IMG/VR virus record: IMGVR_UViG_3300014167_000122
Coordinates: 1 to 45,849 of that record
Source: a virus
Taxonomy: Duplodnaviria; Caudoviricetes
Reading direction: 5' to 3' (one strand)
DNA: 45,849 nucleotides
The notes beneath the pieces were generated by a model. That model saw only the letters and a program-made list of their open reading frames with translations. It was not told the origin of the DNA and ran no database searches. The first letter of the stretch is position 1, and each line of letters starts with the position of its first letter. Shown piece by piece: positions 18,602-27,719 of this stretch. Both the position numbers and the translations under genes were made by a program.

Positions 18602-19711
18602 ATGCCAACGCTACGCCATCCCGATGTACACGCGCCCTGGTCACAGTGGAGCGAAGATCAAACGTTGCATGTTGCGGTAGGGTATTCCAACCCTTTCCGC
18701 TGGCGCAGCCGCCGCGAACTGATGAACCGCTTCCGCGACCACATGGAGCGGCAGGCAAACGTAGTGCTGCATGTTGGCGAACTGGCATACGGAGACCGGC
18801 CGTGGGAAGTAACGAGCCCCGACCGGGCAACCGATATTCAACTGCGGACGGCGACAACCGAGCATTTCATTAAGGAAAATCTCCAAAACGTCATCATCCA
18901 GCATTTCCCGTCATCTTGGAAATATGGGATGGCATGCGATGCAGATTTCCACATGATTACGCCAGGCTGGGCATTGGAGACAATTCACCAGTTACAGCAT
19001 TACGACTGGCTCCAGCCATTCAGTTCTTACATGGACGTAAGCGGCAACATCTATGGACAGGCGAACATGCCTGTTCGGCTCAACACCAGCTTCTGTTTCA
19101 ACTACATTGCGAATAACTACCAAGTGAGTCCGCAGTATCATAACGGTGTCATTGGACCAGACGGAAAGATTGTCAGAAAAGCATCGTCCGATTACGAATC
19201 TTCGATGGCGACCATTGGAGGTCCGGAAGGTGAGTTTATGCGCGGCTGTGGGGCGACCGGTGGCGCGTTCGCATTTCGTAGGTCGGCATTTGAAACGGTG
19301 GGCGGATTTCTCGACCGCTGCATTTTGGGACATTCAGACTGGCTTCAAATGCACCTGCTTGTCGGCGTTGAACCACCCGATATTCACAGCCAAAAGTACC
19401 ACCCAGTTTACAAAGAATACGTCCGATCATGGGGACGAAAAGCCGAACGACTCCGTAAAAACGTCGGCTATGTTGATGCGATGGCTACGCACTTCTGGCA
19501 TGGATCGAAGTCACGCCGAGCGTACAGTTCGCGCGATATAATTTTAGCTGAGGAGCAGTACCATCCTTACGATGACCTGGCGACAGATTCACAAGGGATC
19601 TATCAACTCCGTCCCGATGCTGTTGGTTTGCGAGACAAGATAAGGAAGTATTTTATTAGTCGAAGTGAAGATAGCGCCGAACTTGGAATTGGGGAGAAAA
19701 TCCTTGTTTGA
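18602..19711 (+). CDS. Putative GT-A fold glycosyltransferase
   Basis: KENLQN...WKYGMACDADF (DxD motif), GGAFAFRRSAFETVGGF, GHSD, HFWHG motifs. Confidence 0.65.
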   Translation: MPTLRHPDVHAPWSQWSEDQTLHVAVGYSNPFRWRSRRELMNRFRDHMERQANVVLHVGELAYGDRPWEVTSPDRATDIQLRTATTEHFIKENLQNVIIQHFPSSWKYGMACDADFHMITPGWALETIHQLQHYDWLQPFSSYMDVSGNIYGQANMPVRLNTSFCFNYIANNYQVSPQYHNGVIGPDGKIVRKASSDYESSMATIGGPEGEFMRGCGATGGAFAFRRSAFETVGGFLDRCILGHSDWLQMHLLVGVEPPDIHSQKYHPVYKEYVRSWGRKAERLRKNVGYVDAMATHFWHGSKSRRAYSSRDIILAEEQYHPYDDLATDSQGIYQLRPDAVGLRDKIRKYFISRSEDSAELGIGEKILV

Positions 19712-20246
19712 AATCTGGAGACCAACGCATTCCCACAATTACGAAGTCTCAAACTGTGGTCGCGTTCGTCGCGTCACGCCAGCCACCGGTGCAACGGTTG
19801 GTCGTGTACTTAAGGCAAAACGCAAGAATAGCGGTTATCTATTTGTTTGTTTTTCTGATTCGGGACGCTCTTCATATCATCACATCCACACGCTTGTGGC
19901 TGCTGCGTTCATTGGGCCTCGTGCAAAAGGGATGCAGATCAACCACATTGATTGCGAAAAGAGCAACAACCGCGCCACGAATCTTGAGTACGTTACCCCA
20001 AGCGAAAACTCAAGGCACGCAGGCAGGAACGGACATTTACCGGACCCTACCAACATTCCGCGCGGAACGAGTCATTGCAGTGCGAAACTTACCGAAGCAG
20101 ATGTTGTTATGGCGCGCGCGATGTACGCCAGTGGATGTCATAGCTATCCAGCTTTGGGTAAGCGATTTGGTGTATCTGGTCGGGCCATATGGAAGGCTGT
20201 GAATGGTTTCACGTGGAAACACGTACCACCAACACTCGCAGCATAG
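19704..20246 (+). CDS. NUMOD4-HNH homing endonuclease with C-terminal HTH
   Basis: EIWR..YEVSNCGRVR (NUMOD4); IHTLVAAAFIG..INHIDCEKSNNRATNLEYVTPSEN (HNH); AKLTEADV..LGKRFGVS (HTH); GGAG before TTG 19704. Confidence 0.92.
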   Translation: MFEIWRPTHSHNYEVSNCGRVRRVTPATGATVGRVLKAKRKNSGYLFVCFSDSGRSSYHHIHTLVAAAFIGPRAKGMQINHIDCEKSNNRATNLEYVTPSENSRHAGRNGHLPDPTNIPRGTSHCSAKLTEADVVMARAMYASGCHSYPALGKRFGVSGRAIWKAVNGFTWKHVPPTLAA

Positions 20247-20257
20247 GAGAAATCGCA

Positions 20258-21037
20258 ATGTACCTCAATGGAAAACTCTTAAAACTCGGCAAGTCTCCCG
20301 CGCACGTCGACCGCTTAAATCGCACGCTTAAATTGCGCGATTACCTTCCTTCGCCGCTTCCGCCGCCGCCAGCCGAAGTTTCGTGGATCACGAAGCTCGC
20401 CGCGACCGAGCCGTTGCCCATGTACCTGAACGATTCTCTTGGAGATTGCGTTGTCGCCGCCGCCGGGCACATGGAACAGCAATGGAACTTCTACGCTGGC
20501 CATCCTTACCAGCCAGTCGACGAGGACATTTTGTACGCCTATGAGAAGGTCGGCGGCTACGACCCTGGAAACCCAAACTCCGATAACGGCACAAACATGC
20601 TGGCCTTCCTGAACTACTGGCGACAGACCGGACTCGCCGGCCATAAAATCATGGCGTTCCTCGCCGTTGACTGGACAAACGATGTTGAAGTGCGGTTGGC
20701 GATCCAACTGTTCGGGAACCTTTACACTGGCGTGCAGTTGCCAAACTCAGCGCAGGGGCAGTCCGCATGGACAGTCCCCAACGGCGGTACGGCATCGGCA
20801 GATGGCCAGCCGGGAAGCTGGGGCGGCCACTGCATACCGATCGTAGCCGCGTCTCCGCTGACGCGGACCTGCATTACTTGGGGAACAACACTGAAAATGA
20901 GTCACAACTTTCTGCACGACTACGGCGACGAAGCGTATGTCGTCCTTTCCCCGGACTGGATCAATGCTGCCGGGCTCTCCGCTTCAGGCTTCAACCTGAC
21001 TCAGTTGCAAGTCGATCTCGCTGAAATCACCGCCTAA
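20258..21037 (+). CDS. Papain-like cysteine peptidase
   Basis: AGGAG RBS; NDSLGDCVVAA (catalytic Cys), WGGHCIPIV (His), ITWG. Confidence 0.7.
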   Translation: MYLNGKLLKLGKSPAHVDRLNRTLKLRDYLPSPLPPPPAEVSWITKLAATEPLPMYLNDSLGDCVVAAAGHMEQQWNFYAGHPYQPVDEDILYAYEKVGGYDPGNPNSDNGTNMLAFLNYWRQTGLAGHKIMAFLAVDWTNDVEVRLAIQLFGNLYTGVQLPNSAQGQSAWTVPNGGTASADGQPGSWGGHCIPIVAASPLTRTCITWGTTLKMSHNFLHDYGDEAYVVLSPDWINAAGLSASGFNLTQLQVDLAEITA

Positions 21038-21064
21038 TCACAAACCACAGGGGAGAGAACGTCA

Positions 21065-21313
21065 ATGGCGATGGAAGGCTGGATTTCACTCGGCGGGATC
21101 TTGATCCAAATCATCGTAGGCGCTTACGTCTACGGCAAACTCACTGGCAAAGTCAGTGAACACGATCGGCGCCACGATGCTCATGTGGCAAAGTTCCTTG
21201 CATTGGATGACGAGCAGGGGCGCCAGTGGGAGATCATTGGGCGACATGGTGAGAAAATCTCGGCAATAGAAGCCAGGGTACAAAACGTTGAACTCAGAGG
21301 GAGGCACACATAA
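21065..21313 (+). CDS. Small single-TM protein with coiled tail (holin/antiholin/spanin-like)
   Basis: GGGAG RBS; WISLGGILIQIIVGAYVY TM; in lysis cassette. Confidence 0.6.
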   Translation: MAMEGWISLGGILIQIIVGAYVYGKLTGKVSEHDRRHDAHVAKFLALDDEQGRQWEIIGRHGEKISAIEARVQNVELRGRHT

Positions 21314-21315
21314 AT

Positions 21316-21531
21316 ATGACCAAGATCGAAGCGTTTCTCGCAAAGTATTCCATCACTACGCACACATTGGCTGCGATCTTTGTGTTCCTGTGCGCGGCCT
21401 ACGCTGGCGTGCCGCAGGTTCACGATCTTTTCCTGAAAGCATACAGCGCGCTTCCAGGCGGCGTGCAGCAGGTTGTAGTTGCTGCTTTCGCGCTCTACGC
21501 CTGGTACCGCAACGGTCTCAGCAAGGCTTAA
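21316..21531 (+). CDS. Putative holin
   Basis: GGAGG RBS; 71 aa, two hydrophobic segments, basic C-terminus; upstream of endolysin. Confidence 0.6.
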   Translation: MTKIEAFLAKYSITTHTLAAIFVFLCAAYAGVPQVHDLFLKAYSALPGGVQQVVVAAFALYAWYRNGLSKA

Positions 21532-21571
21532 TTCCAACTCGTTCCACACAAATTTAAGGAGGCTTTACCCG

Positions 21572-22186
21572 ATGCGCAAAGTATACGCAGTTGCGTTGTT
21601 GTGTCTTTTGTCCTGCCTGATGTCAGCTCAAGCCGTGCCATCCGGCCAGTTGTCATTCTCGGCATTGAATGGTCCCTTCGGGAGCACCGGAGTGGATATC
21701 TACGGCACATACGGGATTTCGACCTACGGCTCACTCCGAGAGGATAATTTCATCTTCCCGGCCGCCAACGGTTCATTCTTTGGGGGAAGTTACCAGTACA
21801 GCCTCGACAAGTACGTGTGTCCCTTACTGGTGACGACAAACATCTCGTGCAACAAGTTTTCGACTTACGTCAACGCTGGTGCCGGCGTGGGCCGCACGAC
21901 CATAGGCAACTCGGCCACCAACCATCTCGGCGGCGGCTTCGGTATGGGCATCCTTTACGACCCGACCGGCATGGGGAAATACTCGATCACTTTGCTTGAC
22001 CTGCACGAAGAGCGGTTGGCGTTCGATACCGTGAAGGGATTTACCACCATCGCTTCGGTTGGAGTCAACCTTGGCTTTGGCAACAACTCCCTGGCCAGTG
22101 CGGCCAAACTTGAACGCGTCCGCAAACAGGAAGCAAAGAAGTTGAAGAAGATGCAGGAACGAGCGGCGAAAGCCAACAAGTCGTAA
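21572..22186 (+). CDS. Exported putative outer-membrane beta-barrel protein with basic C-terminal helix
   Basis: AAGGAGG RBS; signal peptide; alternating strands (TYVNAGAGVG, GGGFGMGILY, SVGVNLGF); Lys-rich tail. Confidence 0.55.
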   Translation: MRKVYAVALLCLLSCLMSAQAVPSGQLSFSALNGPFGSTGVDIYGTYGISTYGSLREDNFIFPAANGSFFGGSYQYSLDKYVCPLLVTTNISCNKFSTYVNAGAGVGRTTIGNSATNHLGGGFGMGILYDPTGMGKYSITLLDLHEERLAFDTVKGFTTIASVGVNLGFGNNSLASAAKLERVRKQEAKKLKKMQERAAKANKS

Positions 22187-22618
22187 ATGACACTCGGCAT
22201 CCAAGACGCCTACCACTTCACGCTCCTTGCGCTATGCATCTGGCGCGAGGCGCGTGGAGAACCGGTAGATACCAAGGTAGCGGTTGCGTGGTCGATTCGG
22301 AACCGCGTCAACCGCCCGGGATGGTGGGGCCATGACTATGAGTCTGTAATTTTGCTGCCGTGGCAGTATTCGAGTTTCAACCACAACGACATCAACGCCA
22401 CCAAGATGCCAATATCCACTGATCCATCGTGGCAGGATTCGCTAATAGCGGCGTCCGCTATTTTCGCACAGCCACCGCTCCTTGCCGATCCGACCGGCGG
22501 CGCTACGTCCTACTTCGATATGTCGATGGACACGCACCTGCCCACATGGGCAACCGATGGCAGCAACGTCAAAACGATTGATTCGGGAAGATTGCGTTTC
22601 TACAAACTAGCAGCCTGA
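22187..22618 (+). CDS. Endolysin, SleB/Hydrolase_2 cell-wall hydrolase family
   Basis: LALCIWREARGE, VAWSIRNRV, QYSSFN, DPTGGATSYF motifs. Confidence 0.9.
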   Translation: MTLGIQDAYHFTLLALCIWREARGEPVDTKVAVAWSIRNRVNRPGWWGHDYESVILLPWQYSSFNHNDINATKMPISTDPSWQDSLIAASAIFAQPPLLADPTGGATSYFDMSMDTHLPTWATDGSNVKTIDSGRLRFYKLAA

Positions 22619-22628
22619 GAGGCACTTT

Positions 22629-23051
22629 ATGGCAGAAGTAAATCCAAAGCGAACAAACGTCGCAATCAACGCCAAAGGTGGGGCGATGACCAACATCACG
22701 CTGACCATCATGGCCTCGAAGGTAACTGTTATCGAAGATCCTTCCTACAACGGTGGCGTGCAGCAGGGCTTGACTGGCTACTACATTGACACGCAGCCAG
22801 CAGTGGGAACGCCGCCAACGCAGCCGCCTGGGGTTGTTCCGCCGCAGGCCAGCCCGCCCAACCTCCAAGTGTGGCTGCCAAACTCCAACGGGCAGCAGGG
22901 CAGCACGTATGAGCCAATCATCTTTGGCGGCGATGCTGGTCGCGTTCATGGCGCGTATGGCAACTATGTCGGAGCCAACGGCACGGTCATCCTGCAACTG
23001 ACAACAAACTCCGAGAACGCCGGCGGCATCATTCTTGAGGAATGGTCGTAG
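22629..23051 (+). CDS. Hypothetical protein
   Basis: GAGG RBS; 140-aa ORF in operon. Confidence 0.65.
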   Translation: MAEVNPKRTNVAINAKGGAMTNITLTIMASKVTVIEDPSYNGGVQQGLTGYYIDTQPAVGTPPTQPPGVVPPQASPPNLQVWLPNSNGQQGSTYEPIIFGGDAGRVHGAYGNYVGANGTVILQLTTNSENAGGIILEEWS

Positions 23052-23305
23052 TGCGCTGGCCTTGGGTATCGCGCGCATTGCTTGACGAAGTGCGCGCACA
23101 ACTCGCAGCGTCCGAAACTGAGCGCGCGGCATTGCTCGAGAGATTATTGGCGCCTGTGCCGGTCGCGGCACCCGAAGTTGAGGACAAGCCACAGTCCGAA
23201 CCGCAACCGTTTACCACGCCGATCGACAAGAAACTGTTTCAGTTTGACCAAGCCTTCCCGCGAGGGACCGCTATCCCATCACGTTTCAGGGCGAGGACTC
23301 GATAG
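23042..23305 (+). CDS. Hypothetical coiled-coil protein
   Basis: Fills the gap exactly up to the portal ATG; start could be GTG 23051. Confidence 0.6.
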   Translation: MVVVRWPWVSRALLDEVRAQLAASETERAALLERLLAPVPVAAPEVEDKPQSEPQPFTTPIDKKLFQFDQAFPRGTAIPSRFRARTR

Positions 23306-25888
23306 ATGGCAGCGTTTGCGGGACTCAACGGAGCGCCAGGCATGGATGCTGGTAATCCACAAGGCGGATTGCAAGGTGGTGGCACACCGGAGAACGTCAC
23401 TGTTCCCGGCCCTGAAAACCCGTTGCAGACCGACCCGAACGAGCCATTTTCGACGCAAGGCGTCTCTGCCTTCGATCAGAAAATGCTCGTCGACACCATC
23501 ACCGACTACCGAAATAGCTGGTCGCAGGACCGGCTAGAGCGTATCCGGCAGTGGATGGAGAATCTGTTTTACTGGCGCGGTATTCAGATTATCCGGTGGG
23601 ATACATCGTCGAATTGCTGGTATGACGTTCTTGCGTGGGCGCGCGCGCAGGGCCAGGACTCAGGCGAAGATACGGACCTTGAGCGGTGGATTAACCCGCT
23701 CACACTGATGTTCTGCAACGTGTTCACGGCAACCATGAGCCGGGCAGTACCTAAGACAGTAGTCAGGCCGCGGAACTCTGACCCAAGCCTGCAGGACACA
23801 GTAACGGCAAAAGCGGCCGTCGAAGCGTTGCGCATCCTCGAGCAACAGAACGAAATGCGGAAAATTATCCGCTCAATCTTTGAAATGCTCTTTTTGTTTG
23901 GGAGCTACTTCCGGTACACCCGCGCAGTGATTGACGGCAATATGTTCGGCTACGACGAAGAACCGGAGTTTGCCGACCTTGAGATTCAGACTGGCCCGCA
24001 TTACATCTGTCCACAGTGCGGTGCCGAATCTCCCGCAACTTCTCCGGAAGGAATGACTTGCCCACAGTGCGGCGCATGGATGGGGCAGGAAAGTTACTAC
24101 GCAGCCGGCGAAGGCAACCGCATGAGCATGACGATGGCGGGCGTAAAGAAGGTGCCGCGCGCTGGCGTTAAATGGTCCCTACACTCTCCGCTCGAAATCG
24201 ACGTGGATCCGAAGGCAAAGGGCGACAAGCCGCTATACATGACCCCGATTCTTGCCAAAGACTGCGAGATTGACTTTGGCGAAGCTTGTGAGATGTTCCC
24301 AACATTCAGGGACAAGATTCAGCCGGGCGCCGAAGCTCCCACGACCGCCAACGCCAGTGTGGAGAAACTGGCCCGCACGGATATGGTGAGCGCGCTGGGC
24401 GGCATGACAGCCGATAACGAACTGATGAACCCAACCTATTCGGAAGTGTGGGTTAAGCCAATGGCCTACTACCGAAAGAAGGATTGGGGATTTGCGCAGC
24501 GCATGAAAGAAAAATTCCCTGATGGCCTCAAAATCTCGATGGTAGGGGAAGTCGTCGTAGATATTCGCGCCGCGGTGCTGGTGAAAGAGTGGAGCCATTC
24601 CGCTCTGTACACGAACCAGGGAGTTTTCTGTAACGCGCTGGCTAACATTGCGGTGAGCTTCAATGCGCGGTTTAACCGCGTCATGTGGATCCTTGACGAT
24701 TACTGTTCTCGTGTTCCAACCGGACTGAATGTTGCCGATGCTGGTCGCATTGATACCGAAAAGATGAGCGGCAAAGCTCTGCCATCGGGCACGATCGTTC
24801 CTATCCCGATGCGCGTTAACGGTGAACCAAGACCGTTGCAAGAAGTGTTTGCCCACTTCGATATGCCGCTCAATCCAGCGATCTGGAACTACCCACAAAT
24901 GCTGATGACGTTTGCCGAGTTGATTATGGGCATCCCGCGACAGTTGAGCGGGCAGGGTACGCAAGACGATGTAGAAACACTCGGCGGCCAGCAATTACAA
25001 CTGGCGCGCGCCGCGACCACACTGAAACCCTATTGGGAAAACGTCCAAGACGAGCACGCTTGCGCATCGCAGAACGCAATCGAATGTTTGCAAGCCTTGA
25101 TGAAATCAGGCGCCGTAACCAACATCCTCCAAGTTATCGAAGAACGCGGCGGCGTGTTCAAGAACAACGATGTGGACTGGTCAAAGATGCAGGGCAACGT
25201 CGAAGTAGCAATTGACGAAGATCAGGACTTGCCCGTATCGCCCGAAGAACTCCGCACCGCGATCCAAACGATGTTTCAGGAACTATCAAAAGGCAACCCG
25301 GCCGCGGCCGAGTGGTTTGCTGTGCCGGAGAATCAGGACTTGGCGCTCAGTTCGCAAATACCCGGCTCTGTCCTGCCTGACGAAGCGCAACGGCTCAAAA
25401 CCGAGTCGGATATGCAAACCATCATCGAGCGCGGTATGCAGCCAACCTTGAACCCGGATGGCAGTCAGGGTATGACGTTACCGGTAATGCCGGACAAGAT
25501 GGAAAACTTCCCGATTGCCAAGCAGGTTGTGCAGCGGTACATGCTGGAGCACTTCGAGATCCGCACCGAAAACCCGCAAGCATGGCAAGCATTGACAGCG
25601 TACTGGGACGCGCTCGATGAGATGGATGCGGCAGTGGCTGCGAAGGCAGCAGCAAAAAAGACCCAGGTACAAATGGCTGGCGCACCGCCAAAGCCACAGC
25701 CCGACCCGCAGATTCAAGCCGAGATGCAGCAACTTATCGAGGCAGCACAGATTGCGATTCAGCGGCTAACCGCGATCGCGCAGATTGATCCTGCCCTAAC
25801 CGGTGGCGCGAAAGACCAGGTAAATTCAGCAAAAGAAATTGTTTCCACAACCATCGATGCTGCAAAGTTGATGGCTGGCGGCAAGTGA
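23306..25888 (+). CDS. Portal protein (P22-like size) with Zn-ribbon insertion
   Basis: 860 aa, helical, Q/A/P-rich C-terminus, precedes scaffold and capsid genes; two CPQCG motifs. Confidence 0.8.
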   Translation: MAAFAGLNGAPGMDAGNPQGGLQGGGTPENVTVPGPENPLQTDPNEPFSTQGVSAFDQKMLVDTITDYRNSWSQDRLERIRQWMENLFYWRGIQIIRWDTSSNCWYDVLAWARAQGQDSGEDTDLERWINPLTLMFCNVFTATMSRAVPKTVVRPRNSDPSLQDTVTAKAAVEALRILEQQNEMRKIIRSIFEMLFLFGSYFRYTRAVIDGNMFGYDEEPEFADLEIQTGPHYICPQCGAESPATSPEGMTCPQCGAWMGQESYYAAGEGNRMSMTMAGVKKVPRAGVKWSLHSPLEIDVDPKAKGDKPLYMTPILAKDCEIDFGEACEMFPTFRDKIQPGAEAPTTANASVEKLARTDMVSALGGMTADNELMNPTYSEVWVKPMAYYRKKDWGFAQRMKEKFPDGLKISMVGEVVVDIRAAVLVKEWSHSALYTNQGVFCNALANIAVSFNARFNRVMWILDDYCSRVPTGLNVADAGRIDTEKMSGKALPSGTIVPIPMRVNGEPRPLQEVFAHFDMPLNPAIWNYPQMLMTFAELIMGIPRQLSGQGTQDDVETLGGQQLQLARAATTLKPYWENVQDEHACASQNAIECLQALMKSGAVTNILQVIEERGGVFKNNDVDWSKMQGNVEVAIDEDQDLPVSPEELRTAIQTMFQELSKGNPAAAEWFAVPENQDLALSSQIPGSVLPDEAQRLKTESDMQTIIERGMQPTLNPDGSQGMTLPVMPDKMENFPIAKQVVQRYMLEHFEIRTENPQAWQALTAYWDALDEMDAAVAAKAAAKKTQVQMAGAPPKPQPDPQIQAEMQQLIEAAQIAIQRLTAIAQIDPALTGGAKDQVNSAKEIVSTTIDAAKLMAGGK

Positions 25889-25907
25889 TTCTAAAGGAGA
25901 AAATGCA

Positions 25908-27614
25908 ATGCCCGAACTAGCAGCGCCCGCAGCACCCGCACCAGCAGCAACGTCCGCGCCGAGCGCACCCGCGCCCGTATCTACACCCGCGCCTGCACCG
26001 CCAGCATCATCTACGCCGTCGACTCCGGCACCCGCAGCGCCCGCAGCACCATCGACACCGGCCGCCGCTGCACCCGCAGCACCGGCAAAATACGATCCGG
26101 CAACGGCTCCCGCGCCGCCGAAGTCAACCGACTATCCCGACAACCAAGCAGGGATGGATCAGTTTATTCAGGACTCTGGCGCATGGAACTTGCAACACCC
26201 CGAAGAAGCCAACAAACTTCGCTCTGAGCGACTGGCCGAAGGCGAGCCGGAAGTTGAGGCACCCGCTGAAACTGTTGCCGAGGCCGTCAATCAGGTAGAA
26301 GGCGAGCAACCGGAAGCAGCAAAGCCACCCGAAGGCCAACCGCCGGTAGCCGCCACGCCTGCCAAGGTTGAGGAATGGACCTCGAAAAGTCCTGAACTGA
26401 AAGCCGCGTTCGAGAAGAATCCAGAACTGCGTACCGAGATCATGGAAATGGCGCGCGGACTGGAAGCGGCGAAGCCAGTGCTCGACATTGTTTCCACTGC
26501 CGAAGAAGCGCAGTTTGCTGTAGAGAACGCGAACCGGCTAGTCAGCCTGCAAACCAACTGGATGCTCAGTGCCAACGATCCAGAAATGGTTGAGCCCGCA
26601 TGGGAGCAGACACTTGAGTTTTTCAAAGAGCGCGACGACAAAGGCGCAGAAGTCAAAGATGCGCAGGGTAATCCAAAACTCGCGCCCGACTTCAAGCCAT
26701 TTGTTCACCGGGCAGCCAGCACGGCAATGCAGGACTTTGCCGCTTCGGCGCAGCAGCAGATTGCGGCAATCGAAGCGCGCATGGCTGGTGTCTATCCCAA
26801 CGAGGAAGCGCGCGAAGCCGACGAAGAAGCCTTGCGAGATGCCAAGTATGAAAAGTTAGCTTTCGATTTTGTGATGGAGCGGCTAAAAGCGCCGACCGAT
26901 CCGAGCCAGAAACTTCCAACCCTGCCGGCCAACGCGACCCGCGAGCAAATCGAGTTTCAAAAGAAACTCGAAGAGCAGCAACGCGAACTCGACGCGAAGC
27001 AGGGAAAACAATCGACTGAGACCCGCAAAGCGGCCTCGAAAGCCGTTGACAAGGACGTTCAGCAGGCTTACGAGCAAGGGCTAAACAGTTACATCGAAAC
27101 CACTATCTCGCAGATGCGTGAGCGTGGCGAGTACATTCCTGACTTCGTGCTGCAGGATAAATGGATTAACCCAGCAACCGGACAGGAAACCAAGGTCTCT
27201 GCCTTCGGCGCACGGCTATACCTGGCCCTGAATGCCAAGATCAACAGTAACCCGATGCACGTTGCGAAACTGGCGCAACTGCAGGCAATGGGAGCCCCCG
27301 GGAAAGAGGCGCGCATCGCGGAAGTCAACCGCTTGCGCGGTATCTACCTGCCAAAGCTGTTTGAGAACGAAGTCAAACGCATTCACGATGATATGCGCAA
27401 GATGTCCGGCAAGAAGCCAGCAACCTCGGCATCGCCGGCAAGAATCGAACCGCAAAGCGCGGGAACCGTAGTACCATCAGCAATGAACGATGGGCAGCTT
27501 CGCTCCTGGGCCGAAGGCGAAGCCAAGAAAGATGCAAGTTTTGGTGCGATGAGCGCCGCTGATAAAGAAGCAACGATCATGGCTCTCTACGCACAAAAGA
27601 AGTATGGTGGTTAG
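25908..27614 (+). CDS. Capsid scaffolding protein
   Basis: AAGGAG RBS; Pro/Ala-rich N-terminus, acidic helical body; between portal and capsid genes. Confidence 0.7.
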   Translation: MPELAAPAAPAPAATSAPSAPAPVSTPAPAPPASSTPSTPAPAAPAAPSTPAAAAPAAPAKYDPATAPAPPKSTDYPDNQAGMDQFIQDSGAWNLQHPEEANKLRSERLAEGEPEVEAPAETVAEAVNQVEGEQPEAAKPPEGQPPVAATPAKVEEWTSKSPELKAAFEKNPELRTEIMEMARGLEAAKPVLDIVSTAEEAQFAVENANRLVSLQTNWMLSANDPEMVEPAWEQTLEFFKERDDKGAEVKDAQGNPKLAPDFKPFVHRAASTAMQDFAASAQQQIAAIEARMAGVYPNEEAREADEEALRDAKYEKLAFDFVMERLKAPTDPSQKLPTLPANATREQIEFQKKLEEQQRELDAKQGKQSTETRKAASKAVDKDVQQAYEQGLNSYIETTISQMRERGEYIPDFVLQDKWINPATGQETKVSAFGARLYLALNAKINSNPMHVAKLAQLQAMGAPGKEARIAEVNRLRGIYLPKLFENEVKRIHDDMRKMSGKKPATSASPARIEPQSAGTVVPSAMNDGQLRSWAEGEAKKDASFGAMSAADKEATIMALYAQKKYGG

Positions 27615-27623
27615 CAACTCCCG

Positions 27624-27716
27624 ATATTTTCTCTCCGCAGCCGTCCTTCGATAAGGACGAGACCGTAAGCAGCGCCCCCTTAGATCACACTCAATCTCAC
27701 GGAGAGAAAGGATATT
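27624..27716 (+). promoter_or_regulatory. Structured leader sequestering the capsid-gene RBS
   Basis: TTTCTCTCCG (27628-37) pairs with CGGAGAGAAA (27700-09); internal hairpin CGTCCTT/AAGGACG. Confidence 0.55.
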
Positions 27717-27719
27717 TCT

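Noticed and set aside
25920-26120. GCACC/GCGCC-rich repeats as a CRISPR array or DNA repeat element
   Set aside because: Irregular coding repeats of the Pro/Ala-rich scaffold N-terminus; no repeat-spacer periodicity
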